DNA of 64,000 bases. Origin: Candidatus Saccharimonadota bacterium. Its GTDB lineage: Bacteria > Patescibacteriota > Saccharimonadia > Saccharimonadales > Saccharimonadaceae. The notes beneath the pieces are model-generated. The model searched no databases, was not told the origin of the DNA, and saw only the letters and a list, made by a program, of their open reading frames with translations. Within the stretch, counting starts at the first letter, position 1; every line of letters starts with the position of its first letter. The stretch covers positions 1,156 to 65,155 of the forward strand of contig JAFRCG010000004.1 of the NCBI GenBank assembly GCA_017404515.1, in the 5' to 3' direction. The position numbers and the translations under genes are program-made. This document shows positions 45,600 to 54,421 of this stretch, piece after piece.

Positions 45600-47335
45600 T
45601 ATGCTTCCCCTCCTACTGGTTCTGACTTTAATGCCTGCAATGAACGATAAAGTTGGCTGCGCTCTAGTAATTTTTCATGAGTGCCGATATTAGAAATCCT
45701 GCCACGATCTAGGACAATAATGCGGTCTGCGGCTTTCATGAGGTCTGGCTTTTTCGTAATCATAATGATGGTGCGATTATCTTTGAGTCGTTTAATTAAC
45801 CGTGGAACAAGTTTCGCGGTATCGGGGTCAAGAGCAGTAGTAACATCGTCTAAAAGTAGGACCTCGGCGTCGGTTAAAATTGTACGAGCAATTGATATCA
45901 TCTGCCTTTGCCCACCAGAAATATTGGTAGCATTTTCCCTTAAAATTGTATTATATCCCTGGGGTAGAGTTTCGATAAAATCATGAATGCCCGCAGTCTT
46001 ACAAGCTTCAATTTGGTGGTGGATATCAGTATCAACAAAGTTGAGGTTGCGCCTAATGCTGGTATTGAAAATAAATGGAACTTGATTAGCAACGGCGACA
46101 TTGGAAGTGTAGATTTCACGGGAAAATTCGTCTACATTAACATTATCAAGTAAAATTTTGCCTTTTGTGGGCTTATTAAGTCTTAAAATCAAATCAAAGA
46201 GCTTAGTCTTTCCTGAGCCAGGGTGGCCGACAATAGCCACAAATTCATGTGGTTTGATTTTGAAATTGAGATTTTTTAGGATTTGATGGTGATTTAGGGA
46301 TAAAGAAACATTTTTGAAAGTTAAAGAACCTTCTAGATGGTCTAATTCTAGCTTGCCAAACTCTAGTTTTTCTCCTGCTCGATAATTTAGGATTGCCGAC
46401 ACACGACGCATAGCAGCGTTAGTAAGGCGTATTTCAACAGTGGCATCTGTCAAATCTTTGGTGTAGCCAATGATAGCTTCGTGGTAGGAGATAATTAAAA
46501 CTAAAATATCTATCTCCATCTTGCCAATAATCATAAGAAAGATTAGGAACGCAAACAGGCTCGCATGAAACAAGTAGTAAATTACCTTAACGTCGTTATC
46601 GCGAATTGTTAGGTGGTGGCGCTGAGCAAAATAGTTTTTATCATATTTGGCCTGAATTTTGTCCAGTCGTTTTCTTAGAGATGGTAACATATTGAAAGTT
46701 TTAACTTCCTGAAGTCCTGAGACTACTTGACCTAAGAAATTACTGTACTGATCGTTTTGCGTTTGTGAGCGCCACCAATAGTAGTTAAATTTACGATCAT
46801 TTTTGGTGCGGATGACGCTATAACAAGCTGAGGAAACAAATAGAATTATTGCTGCCGGAAAATTGTAAATTGCAACAATAATATAGATGGCGGCAATTTG
46901 GAAAAAGGTTGTAATATATTCGGAGATTTCATCATTCATTTCACCAATTTCCAAAATATCATTATTGATAGTATTCATGAGTCTGCCTTTGTCAATGGTG
47001 CGAGTGAAGTCATTATCGACAGATAGTAGTTTTTTGAAAACTTTGGTTTGTAAAGTCCGATAGCTAAAGCTTACATTCCAGCTATAGGCACGGTAATTAA
47101 AGAAGAGGCTGACTTTATGAACAACATAAATAATTATATAGAGAGAGATATAAAAATAAGTTTCGTCTTGATTTTGTTCGGTTAGAGCTTTAATGATTAA
47201 CGCCGCAATAAACTTACGGGCAACCATGGTTCCCTTATAAAGAATTGCCGTGATTAAATTGATTGCAAAAAGAAATGGGGAAAGTTCCGCAATCTTAAAG
47301 TATCGCTTGATGTACCCATGAAGTTCTTTAAACAT
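45599..47335 (-). CDS. ABC exporter, fused permease/ATPase (heterodimer partner A)
   Basis: Walker A GHPGSGKTK, signature ISGGQRQMISIAR, Walker B LLLDDVTTALD. I placed the start at the ATG at 47335 (MFKELHGY), which lies 7 nt downstream of a TATAAT box. Confidence 0.85.
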   Translation of the reverse strand: MFKELHGYIKRYFKIAELSPFLFAINLITAILYKGTMVARKFIAALIIKALTEQNQDETYFYISLYIIIYVVHKVSLFFNYRAYSWNVSFSYRTLQTKVFKKLLSVDNDFTRTIDKGRLMNTINNDILEIGEMNDEISEYITTFFQIAAIYIIVAIYNFPAAIILFVSSACYSVIRTKNDRKFNYYWWRSQTQNDQYSNFLGQVVSGLQEVKTFNMLPSLRKRLDKIQAKYDKNYFAQRHHLTIRDNDVKVIYYLFHASLFAFLIFLMIIGKMEIDILVLIISYHEAIIGYTKDLTDATVEIRLTNAAMRRVSAILNYRAGEKLEFGKLELDHLEGSLTFKNVSLSLNHHQILKNLNFKIKPHEFVAIVGHPGSGKTKLFDLILRLNKPTKGKILLDNVNVDEFSREIYTSNVAVANQVPFIFNTSIRRNLNFVDTDIHHQIEACKTAGIHDFIETLPQGYNTILRENATNISGGQRQMISIARTILTDAEVLLLDDVTTALDPDTAKLVPRLIKRLKDNRTIIMITKKPDLMKAADRIIVLDRGRISNIGTHEKLLERSQLYRSLQALKSEPVGGEA

Positions 47336-47402
47336 TAGCTTAATTATACCACCCTGGGGCCTTCTTTCCAAGAGAGAGCCCCTATTAACGATTTATGATA
47401 AA

Positions 47403-47436
47403 AAAATAAAGCTAGGTGTTGTCCTGGCTTTATTTT
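47403..47436 (-). terminator. intrinsic terminator downstream of rpmH
   Basis: aaagctagg-tgttgt-cctggcttt forms 9 bp including one G-U pair. A T-run follows on the minus strand. Confidence 0.6.
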
Positions 47437-47443
47437 GTTAGAC

Positions 47444-47581
47444 TTAGGCGGTTAAGCGAGCGCGTCCTTTGATGCGACGGCGTTTTAGTACTTTACGACC
47501 ATTTTTGGTGCTATTTCTCTTAATGAAACCGTGTTCAACTTTGCGCTGGCGCTTATGTGGTTGATAAGTGCGTTTTGGCAT
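47444..47581 (-). CDS. rpmH: 50S ribosomal protein L34
   Basis: Absent from the ORF track because it is shorter than 60 aa. My hand translation is [45 protein letters not shown], the canonical L34 pattern. Confidence 0.9.
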   Translation of the reverse strand: MPKRTYQPHKRQRKVEHGFIKRNSTKNGRKVLKRRRIKGRARLTA

Positions 47582-47658
47582 AAAATAATTTCCTATTAGT
47601 TTTAATATTGTGATTTTCTGTTAAAAGTATACCACTTTTTTGCACAAAAGCCAAGGAG

Positions 47659-47856
47659 TTTTCCACATTTTACAAGATTTGATGCTTTGGATGTGGAAAA
47701 GTCTACCTCTGTTAGGTAAAATTATTATTATAAAATAATTAAAAAATCGGGCTAAAGTTGTGGAAAAGTCAATATTTTTGGTATAATAGGGTTAATAAAT
47801 TTTGTTTAGGTGAAGGTCAGAAGGAGGTAACCCTATTATGTTTGATGTGTGGAAAA
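47659..47856. promoter_or_regulatory. oriC part 1: four perfect TTTTCCACA/TGTGGAAAA DnaA-box-like 9-mers plus an AT-rich tract
   Basis: TTTTCCACA at 47659-47667. TGTGGAAAA at 47692-47700, 47759-47767 and 47848-47856, the last inside the first dnaA codons. The AT-rich tract attattattataaaataattaaaaaa lies at 47721-47747. Confidence 0.7.
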
Positions 47857-49208
47857 ATGTCTTGTCTGAGATAGAAGAGACGATACCGCACTCGGCCTTT
47901 ACTACTTGGTTTACAGATGTCAATCTAGTTTCTGAAGTTGATGGAAAAATTGTTATTGAGGCGCCTAATGTCTTTAAGGTGACTCAGATTCAGAAGAAAT
48001 ACGATAAGCTAATACAAGAGGCGTTTTCTCATAATAAAGTTGAGTTTAAAGAGATTCAGTATATAGTCTCTAATAAAACACGGATAAAACCTAGGTCTAG
48101 AGAAATCACTCTAAATGAAATAAATAAAAAAGTCTACAAAGATACTCCAGTAGTAGACATTGAACACTCCATCAAAAAATTCAAGACTGGACTAAAACCA
48201 AATTACACAATGGATAATTTTATCGTCGGATCTAATAATAATATCGCGGCGGCGGTAGCTTCGGCAGTAATTAAAAATCCTGGCGGTAATCGTTATAACC
48301 CATTTTTTCTCTACGGTGGTCCTGGGTTAGGAAAAACACATTTAGTGCAAGCTATAGGTAATGAGATTGTAAAAAATAATCCAAACCTAAAGGTGCTTTA
48401 TATGCCGACTAGTCAATTCTTCTCGGAATTTGTAACCTTGATCCGTAAACAGAAGGGTGATGATTTTACAAAAAAATATCAAGATGTTGATGTTTTAATA
48501 ATGGATGATTTTCAGGCGATTATAAATAAAAACGCCAGTCAGGAAGCTTTTTTTAATATATTTAATGATCTTTATCAGCGCGGAAAACAGATTATTGTGA
48601 CATCAGATCGCTTGCCGGATGAAATTGAAACTCTAGATGAGAGATTGTCTTCTAGATTAGCTTGGGCTGGAGCATATGATTTGCAATTACCGAGTTTTGA
48701 AGATAAATGCGCTATCTTAAAAGCCAAGGCAGAGTACGATAATGTAGAAATAGAAGATGAAGCCATTGAATATATAGCCAAGATTGTGAAGACGAATATT
48801 AGAGATCTAGAAAAAGAATATACTATGCTTTTGACTTGGGCGGAAGTAAAGGGTGTTACTCCACTAGAAATAATAAATAGTGGTGGTTATTCATCCAATA
48901 ATAGTGATAAGAGTCGAAATATAGTAACGCCAAAGCAGATTCTGCAGGCGGTAGCAAATTATTATGAATTATCCGTAAAAGAAATGTGTGGTAAAAGTAG
49001 AGTATTTCATATCAAGAATGCAAGGCAGGTGGCAATGTATTTATTATCAGAAGAATTGGGAATGAGTACAACAAATATAGCTATGGAAGTTGGGGTAAAG
49101 GACCACACTACAGTAATGCATGGAGTAAAAAAGATTAGAGAAGACCTGAAATTAGACTTTACTTTACGAGAACAAATTGCAAGTATCCGGGAGGGATTCT
49201 ATGCTTAA
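47838..49208 (+). CDS. dnaA: chromosomal replication initiator DnaA
   Basis: 456 aa. FLYGGPGLGKTHL (Walker A), LIMDDFQ (Walker B), and a C-terminal DNA-binding region (ARQVAMYLLSEELGMSTTNIAMEVGVKDHTTVMHGVKKI). AGGAGG SD upstream. Confidence 0.95.
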   Translation: MFDVWKNVLSEIEETIPHSAFTTWFTDVNLVSEVDGKIVIEAPNVFKVTQIQKKYDKLIQEAFSHNKVEFKEIQYIVSNKTRIKPRSREITLNEINKKVYKDTPVVDIEHSIKKFKTGLKPNYTMDNFIVGSNNNIAAAVASAVIKNPGGNRYNPFFLYGGPGLGKTHLVQAIGNEIVKNNPNLKVLYMPTSQFFSEFVTLIRKQKGDDFTKKYQDVDVLIMDDFQAIINKNASQEAFFNIFNDLYQRGKQIIVTSDRLPDEIETLDERLSSRLAWAGAYDLQLPSFEDKCAILKAKAEYDNVEIEDEAIEYIAKIVKTNIRDLEKEYTMLLTWAEVKGVTPLEIINSGGYSSNNSDKSRNIVTPKQILQAVANYYELSVKEMCGKSRVFHIKNARQVAMYLLSEELGMSTTNIAMEVGVKDHTTVMHGVKKIREDLKLDFTLREQIASIREGFYA

Positions 49209-49234
49209 TTTGTGTAAAACCCTGCGAAAAACCC

Positions 49235-49424
49235 TGTGGGAAAAATGTGAAAAGTTTTCCACGCGGCATACCAATGCTTTTCTCCACGAGATTTTACACG
49301 ACTTAATCGACATTATTTCCACAAATATTCTGGGTGGTTTTCCCCTGTTAAATTTAGGTTTTACACAGTTTCCACAGAGCTTATTATTACTATTTAATAT
49401 ATAAAATAATATAATATTATAAAA
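49235..49424. promoter_or_regulatory. oriC part 2: cluster of near-consensus DnaA boxes plus an AT-rich unwinding-element candidate
   Basis: TGTGGGAAA 49235-43, TTTTCCACG 49255-63, ATTTCCACA 49315-23, TTTTACACA 49359-67 and GTTTCCACA 49368-76. An almost pure A/T stretch spans 49381-49422. Confidence 0.65.
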
Positions 49425-49430
49425 GGAGGA

Positions 49431-50540
49431 GTGATGGAAATAGAAGTACTACAAGAAAAGTTAGCCAGAGCGTTAACTGTGGTAAGTAGGGTGGCAATGG
49501 GAGCTAAGGCAACACTACCAATTCTATCTAATGTCTTAATAAGAGTAGAAGGAAATAAAGTTTCGCTAACCGCTACAAACCTAGATATGGCAGTAGTTGA
49601 TTATGTACCAGTAATAAGTAGTAAGGATGGGGTGATTACGGTTCCGGCAAGAATATTAGCGGAATTTGTACAAAATTTACCAAAAGGCGAAAAGGTAAAA
49701 ATTAAAGTAGATGGAAATAAAGTAAAGATCAAAGCCGGCAAATACTCTTCTACAATTAACGGTACACCACAGGATGATTTTCCAGAACTCCCAGAAATCA
49801 ATAAAGAAAAATCCGTTGCTTATAAAATGGGAGTGGATGAATTTAAGGTGGGGGTGAGTGAAGTGATCGTAGCAGCTAGTGGTGATACAACTAGGCCAGC
49901 ACTAACCGGCGTATATTTTAATACTAATGAAAATGTATTATATATTGCGGCTACAGATGGTTATAGGTTAGCGGAAAAGAGATTTATAAAAAAAGTAGAG
50001 AGCGAAGTGGCGGCAATTGTGCCAACAGCATCTTTGCAAGAAGTGTTAAAGTCAATTACTGATGATATAGATGAAATTGAAATTATCTTTGATGACACAC
50101 AAGTGAGATTCAGATTAGGTGAATTAGAAATAACATCAAAACTCATTGATGGAACTTTTCCAGATTATCGAAAACTAATTCCAGAAAATACTGATATTCA
50201 AATTATAGTGGATAGGGCGGAGTTGAGTAGAATAGTAAAAATGGCAGCACTATTTGCAAGAGAATCTAATAGGGTAATTTGCTGTACTGCTGATGCTAAA
50301 AAGAAAGTATTTACAGTATCGTCAATTTCTAATGAAGTTGGTGAAAATGAATCCGAGATTGATGTGGAAGTAAATAAAGATGGTAGTGTAAAATTAGACT
50401 CTAGGTTTTTGGCGGATGCTTTAAATGTACTAGATGAAGATAAGATTAGTTTTGGGTTTTTCTTGAAACCTGCGCCAGTATTATTGACTAATGAAAAAAG
50501 TGACGATTATCGCCATATGATTACAATATTAGATAATTAA
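49431..50540 (+). CDS. dnaN: DNA polymerase III beta sliding clamp
   Basis: 369 aa with LPILSNVLI, ATDGYRLA and LIDGTFPDY motifs. The true start may be the ATG at 49434. Confidence 0.92.
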   Translation: MMEIEVLQEKLARALTVVSRVAMGAKATLPILSNVLIRVEGNKVSLTATNLDMAVVDYVPVISSKDGVITVPARILAEFVQNLPKGEKVKIKVDGNKVKIKAGKYSSTINGTPQDDFPELPEINKEKSVAYKMGVDEFKVGVSEVIVAASGDTTRPALTGVYFNTNENVLYIAATDGYRLAEKRFIKKVESEVAAIVPTASLQEVLKSITDDIDEIEIIFDDTQVRFRLGELEITSKLIDGTFPDYRKLIPENTDIQIIVDRAELSRIVKMAALFARESNRVICCTADAKKKVFTVSSISNEVGENESEIDVEVNKDGSVKLDSRFLADALNVLDEDKISFGFFLKPAPVLLTNEKSDDYRHMITILDN

Positions 50541-51553
50541 TGAGTAATATAATAATCAAAAATGTAGGAATAACTAATTTTCGTAGTCACGAGAAATATT
50601 ATCTAGATTGCAATAAAAATACCACACTGATTTTAGGTGAAAACGGCTGTGGTAAAACATCGGTATTAGAAGCGATTTATATTGCGTTGCAGGGAAAATC
50701 TTTTCGGGCAGTAGATAAAGAAATTGTAAAACGAGAAAGTGATTTTTATAGAATAGAAGTTGATTTTTTGGATGGTGAAAAAACAGTAGTAACTTATGAA
50801 AGAAAAAATATAAGGAAAAATTTTCTATTAAAAGATAAGAAATATAGTAGGCTACCTAAAAAATATAAATATCCAGTAGTGCTTTTTTTGCCGGAAGATT
50901 TACATATTGTATCAACATCACCTATAAAAAGAAGAGATTTTTTTGATAGATTTTTGGTGTCACTAGATGATAATTATGGGAATATTTTAAGTAGGTATAA
51001 TCAAGCTTTGAAGCAAAGGAATGAATTATTGAAGCAAGAAAATTTTTCTAAAGAGTTGTTGTTTTCTTGGGATATATTGATGGCAAAATATGGAACTCAA
51101 ATACAAAAAAGAAGAAGAGAATTAATAGAAGAAATAAATTATAAGTTGACAGATATATATAGAACGATTGCGGAAAATAAAGATGAGGTAAAGATAGAAT
51201 ATGATAGTTATACTGGAGATACTAATGAAAGTGGGTATTTAAGGCTTTTACAGATGGATTTTGAGAGAGATAGATTGACTGGACATACAAATTTTGGCAT
51301 ACATAAAGATGATTATAAATTCCTATTTAATAATTCCCTGGCGGACGGTAGTGCATCCAGGGGAGAAACTAGAAGTATAATACTGGCCCTAAAGTTTTTT
51401 GAGGCAACAAAATTATATGAGACATTAAAAAAGAAGCCAGTAGTACTACTAGATGATGTGTTTTCTGAGTTGGACAAAAAGAGACAAAAATGTTTGGTGA
51501 AGAATTTTTCTAATCATCAGGTGATATTGACGAGCGTAGATGGAGTTAATTAA
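50540..51553 (+). CDS. recF: DNA replication/repair protein RecF
   Basis: NFRSHE, Walker A GENGCGKTSVLEAI, signature-like SRGETRS, Walker B VVLLDDVFSELD. Confidence 0.88.
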   Translation: MSNIIIKNVGITNFRSHEKYYLDCNKNTTLILGENGCGKTSVLEAIYIALQGKSFRAVDKEIVKRESDFYRIEVDFLDGEKTVVTYERKNIRKNFLLKDKKYSRLPKKYKYPVVLFLPEDLHIVSTSPIKRRDFFDRFLVSLDDNYGNILSRYNQALKQRNELLKQENFSKELLFSWDILMAKYGTQIQKRRRELIEEINYKLTDIYRTIAENKDEVKIEYDSYTGDTNESGYLRLLQMDFERDRLTGHTNFGIHKDDYKFLFNNSLADGSASRGETRSIILALKFFEATKLYETLKKKPVVLLDDVFSELDKKRQKCLVKNFSNHQVILTSVDGVN

Positions 51554-52481
51554 GATTATTAGCGGCAGATAAGACTTCTTTGGGAATATCTGGGTATTGA
51601 TTGTAAGTAAGAACTTGATCTGGTGTCACGATGAGCTCAAAAGAGTTATTGTATTTTTGGAGAATGAGACGGTAATTGATTGGTTGAGGGAATTCACTAT
51701 CAATAGAATAACTAAATAGTGCAGCAATGTATTTATTATTAATTATTTTAGTAGAGATAATATCGTGTTGATAAGCTGATAATAATTTATTAATATAATT
51801 GGTGGCGGAGCTTAAGTCTGATTGGGAAACCGATTGGGCTGATGTTTGAATAGCTGAAACTGGTAGGTTTAAAAATGGGTTGTCGAAGTCGGTAAAACTA
51901 AAGTAATATTTACCTAAGTCTGAATCTTTTTGCCTGAGGTATTTAATGGCTTCGTTGTATCCACTAGGAAGAAAAGCGTTAATCATTATACAGAAATTAT
52001 CCGTGTCACAAGTTCCATAATTGATATCGTAATCAGGTACACTATATGGTAGGAAATCGACAAGTGGGTAGTCTGAGGCCATTTGGTCTGATGCCGCCGT
52101 AAAATCAAGTGAGTAAATTTCTTCGATGAGTTTTTGGTCTTCTGAGTGATCGGTATACCAATTTGCGGTGCTTTCGGAATTTGATTCTAAGATGATAAGA
52201 GCGTTTGATTCTTGGTCTGATATGGCTGAGACTTGAATGGATTTTTCTTCAAAACCTTCTTTTTGGGCACGCAAGATGTGCTCTCCTGGTGTAACTTTAA
52301 TATTGCCATTTGATACTTGATGGTTGTCGAGATAAATGGATGCAGATGCTGGAGCCACCCTAATAATGAGAGTCGCTGAATTGATGGTGCTATATATAAT
52401 ATAGAAGGCTATAGACAAAAGAATAAGAAGTGTCGCAATGATGATAACTGTAATTATAGATTTTTTCTTGTTCTTATCCAT
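51546..52481 (-). CDS. membrane-anchored beta-rich protein, paralog of 53771..54421 (positional analog of VirB8-like T4SS components)
   Basis: An N-terminal TM helix precedes a PEGA-like stretch (LIIRVAPASASIYLDNHQVSNGNIKVTPGEHIL). It shares WY-x-H-x-ED and DYP...LP and C...FC motifs with the 216-aa paralog. Confidence 0.55.
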   Translation of the reverse strand: MDKNKKKSIITVIIIATLLILLSIAFYIIYSTINSATLIIRVAPASASIYLDNHQVSNGNIKVTPGEHILRAQKEGFEEKSIQVSAISDQESNALIILESNSESTANWYTDHSEDQKLIEEIYSLDFTAASDQMASDYPLVDFLPYSVPDYDINYGTCDTDNFCIMINAFLPSGYNEAIKYLRQKDSDLGKYYFSFTDFDNPFLNLPVSAIQTSAQSVSQSDLSSATNYINKLLSAYQHDIISTKIINNKYIAALFSYSIDSEFPQPINYRLILQKYNNSFELIVTPDQVLTYNQYPDIPKEVLSAANNLN

Positions 52482-52483
52482 AC

Positions 52484-53740
52484 CTATCCTTTGTAGCGAA
52501 AGATGCTATATGTTCCTCTACTATCATGAAACACGGTGTTGACGACTTTACCGGTATAATCATTAAGTGACGCTGATGCTCCGTTTTTGCCGGCGGCACC
52601 AGTGTAAATGAAAATGTGTCCATATCCACTACCGCCACTAACCACAAAGACATCGCCAGGTTGAAGATTGGAGGTATTGCCAATATTTGGGACAGACGCC
52701 CATTTGGAAGACGAACTAAGATATGATTTCATATTTCCAGAACCTGAAGCTGGGAAGGATGTGTCTACTGTGGAGCGTATAACAACGCCGGCAAAATGGC
52801 CACAGTCTTGAGACCAACTTAATGTTGGATTATTACCAAGCTGGGTAGCTACTTGGGAGAACTCTGGTTTAACTTGGTTATGATGGTTGCTGTCTGGCCA
52901 GGCAAGTCTAAGTGCTTGCCTGGCGATTTTTTCTCCAGATGTTGAGGGCTCGTCATCTTCTGGCGTGCAGAGATCGATTATGTCTCCACTGCCACCAGGG
53001 CTGCCACCAGGAGCCTCACCACCACCTTCGCCACCGCTATAATTTCTGTAAGTTACAGCAGAAGTAGGGTAGCCATTAGCTTCCGCCCATTTCTGAATAC
53101 CACAGACAATGGCGGAGGTTTTATTAACGTAGTGTTCATCAGCGGCGTATTTGTGGGATGCGAGGTGTTGAATAAAATATAAATATGCATATGGATTTTG
53201 TGGATATTTGTTTTTAGCTTCTCTGACTGGAATGATTCCATCTACATAATATTGGAAAGCTTCTTCATAACTAGTAAATTTGGCATGCTTTCTTGCGTCA
53301 CATGCTGGTGGATATGATTTGAAAGACTTGAGGCCTAGAGGATTATAAGGACAGACTTCGTTGCTGCCACCACCGCTTTCTTGGATAGTTTGTGCCATAA
53401 TGGCTTCCCATGGTAAACCATTGGTGTTACCGATTGAAATGAGGGTAGAAGCAAACTTGTGAAGCCAATTATTATAACTTGATACACCACCACAATGACC
53501 ATCCCATTTATCTTCTATTGTAGGATCATCTGGGATTGGATCATCACATTCAGCGACTCCACCATTTTCATACGGATTCCAGAACATGATGTCATTTTCT
53601 TTAAATACAGTGTTCCAATAATCAGAAAGTTTAGTGGCATGAGTGATGGAAGTAGTAAAGAGTGCGGAAATTATTGCCATTAAGAAACAAAGAAAGGAAT
53701 AAACTAGGCGAGACTTCCTCTTAGATGTGATATGACCCAT
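52484..53740 (-). CDS. bifunctional peptidoglycan hydrolase, CwlT-like (GH73 glucosaminidase-like N-domain + NlpC/P60/CHAP-like C-domain)
   Basis: Signal/anchor at the N-terminus. GLPWEAIMAQTIQESGGG in the N-domain, a Gly-rich linker, and C-domain Cys (QDCGHFAGVV) and His (GYGHIFIYTG) motifs. Confidence 0.75.
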   Translation of the reverse strand: MGHITSKRKSRLVYSFLCFLMAIISALFTTSITHATKLSDYWNTVFKENDIMFWNPYENGGVAECDDPIPDDPTIEDKWDGHCGGVSSYNNWLHKFASTLISIGNTNGLPWEAIMAQTIQESGGGSNEVCPYNPLGLKSFKSYPPACDARKHAKFTSYEEAFQYYVDGIIPVREAKNKYPQNPYAYLYFIQHLASHKYAADEHYVNKTSAIVCGIQKWAEANGYPTSAVTYRNYSGGEGGGEAPGGSPGGSGDIIDLCTPEDDEPSTSGEKIARQALRLAWPDSNHHNQVKPEFSQVATQLGNNPTLSWSQDCGHFAGVVIRSTVDTSFPASGSGNMKSYLSSSSKWASVPNIGNTSNLQPGDVFVVSGGSGYGHIFIYTGAAGKNGASASLNDYTGKVVNTVFHDSRGTYSIFRYKG

Positions 53741-53770
53741 ATGCTATATATTATAGCAAAGTTTTTGTGG

Positions 53771-54421
53771 TTATTCCAATGGAATAATAGGTGTGTATTC
53801 GTAGAGGATTTGATAGTCGTCTGGGTTAAACCCTGCGTTTTTGATGAGCTCTTTTCCGTGATCTAGATTACCACCAGTAGTGTCGGTGATTTTTAGACAA
53901 AAATCTGTTTTGCAGCCATCGAACTCACCACCGTCAATACGAAACTCGGTATAATTATATTCCGCGTCGTATTCTGCAAAAATAATAGGAAGACTACGGA
54001 TAATAGGGTATTTATCATTGTAAGACGCGGAAAGCTGTTCTGCACGGTAATCTCCGACAGTGGTCATAATAATAGAATCTTCTGGGTGGTTATCATACCA
54101 AGAATAAGTGCCATCAGTTTGCAAAAGATAGGTATAGAGCTTGTCTGAATTAGCGCTGTTAAAAGTGAAGTCTTGACTTTCAAAATCTGGTTTTTCGATA
54201 TGGACATTTAGGTTTCCAACTGGTAAATTAAAAGTGCCATTTTGGTAGGCTTTACCATCAATGGTAATAGTAGCAGAAGACGGGGCAACTAAGATTTCTA
54301 CTTTGGTGGTAGAGTGAATATTGAGTGCAGTAATAACAAGAATGGTGGTAATAAAAATTAGAGTGGTAAGAATAATTGCAGAGATAGGATGTTTTTTATA
54401 AAGAGAGGTAAATTTTTGCAT
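53771..54421 (-). CDS. membrane-anchored beta-rich protein, paralog of 51546..52481
   Basis: A TM helix (ISAIILTTLIFITTILVITAL) precedes a PEGA-like stretch (VEILVAPSSATITIDGKAYQNGTFNLPVGNLNV). Confidence 0.55.
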   Translation of the reverse strand: MQKFTSLYKKHPISAIILTTLIFITTILVITALNIHSTTKVEILVAPSSATITIDGKAYQNGTFNLPVGNLNVHIEKPDFESQDFTFNSANSDKLYTYLLQTDGTYSWYDNHPEDSIIMTTVGDYRAEQLSASYNDKYPIIRSLPIIFAEYDAEYNYTEFRIDGGEFDGCKTDFCLKITDTTGGNLDHGKELIKNAGFNPDDYQILYEYTPIIPLE

